Shown here: one piece after another, positions 63,671 to 64,000 of the stretch
How positions within the stretch are numbered: position 1 is the stretch's first letter
Layout: each line of letters starts with the position of its first letter
NCBI RefSeq assembly: GCF_964194025.1
Contig: NC_134482.1
Span: 46,996,001 to 47,060,000, forward strand
Origin: Convolutriloba macropyga
Lineage: Eukaryota
Direction of reading: 5' to 3'
Length of the DNA: 64,000 nt
Notes under the pieces: generated by a model
The model's input: only the letters and a program-made list of their open reading frames with translations
Database searches by the model: none
What the model was told of the DNA's origin: nothing
Position numbers and translations under genes: made by a program

Positions 63671-64000
63671 TGTGCTGACTTGATCTGGTCGTTTTTTTGT
63701 GTGTGTGCTGTCGGGAGGCCACTGTTTTAGGCTATTGCAGTCGATGATCGGATGTTCTGCGATTTTATTGCTACGGCTCACGTCGTGATTTTATTTGCAA
63801 TATGGTTTCCAGAGGGTATTGAAAAGGGCATTGAATATCTTCGTTTGAAAATTAAAGGTTGCACAGATATCTTAAGTGACGCGCTGGAGCGTTTGTTCGC
63901 TTTCAAGAATTCGGGTGTTGTTGTCCATCTATCGCTGGTCGGCCTCGTATATCCAAAGAGAAGATGCTTGCTTTGCGTCTTCCTTGTGTTAAAGCCAAGG

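Larger units (their letters stand above)
57221..64000 (+). repeat. Head-to-tail tandem array of a 1.2-1.45-kb JmjC gene cassette (5 units plus a partial 3' duplication, running off the window)
   Basis: CAGATGGCGTCA marker at 57259, 58710, 59914, 61244 and 62575 (periods 1451, 1204, 1330, 1331). The 3' part is repeated again from about 63670. Confidence 0.95.

Overview
AT-rich eukaryotic (invertebrate-like) genomic DNA, not prokaryotic. It is dominated by transposon debris and has a 185-N gap at 18064-18248. Recognisable parts: a decayed Gypsy LTR element (14.1-18.1 kb, -); the 3' part of an RTE-like LINE with zinc fingers inside its RT (18.2-19.2 kb, +); two CR1/L2-type LINEs (19.2-26.7 kb, -), one interrupted by a Penelope element with a hammerhead-like motif; a CRE-like RLE non-LTR element (33.4-36.7 kb, -); MITEs and minisatellites; and many co-oriented non-autonomous Helentron/Helitron2 (DINE-1/HINE-like) elements of about four terminal types. 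A multi-exon host gene on + (exons traceable from about 37.0 to 55.9 kb, possibly from 26.7 kb) encodes a coiled coil followed by a His/Gly/Pro-rich disordered tail. The most striking feature is a head-to-tail array (57.2 kb to the window end, five units plus a partial repeat) of a compact, intron-containing, divergent JmjC-domain gene with KDM2/KDM7-like H-x-E...K...H spacing. It lies downstream of an unclosed Helentron terminus and head-to-head with an unknown decayed gene, so it may be rolling-circle transposon cargo. All calls are by eye; no searches were run.
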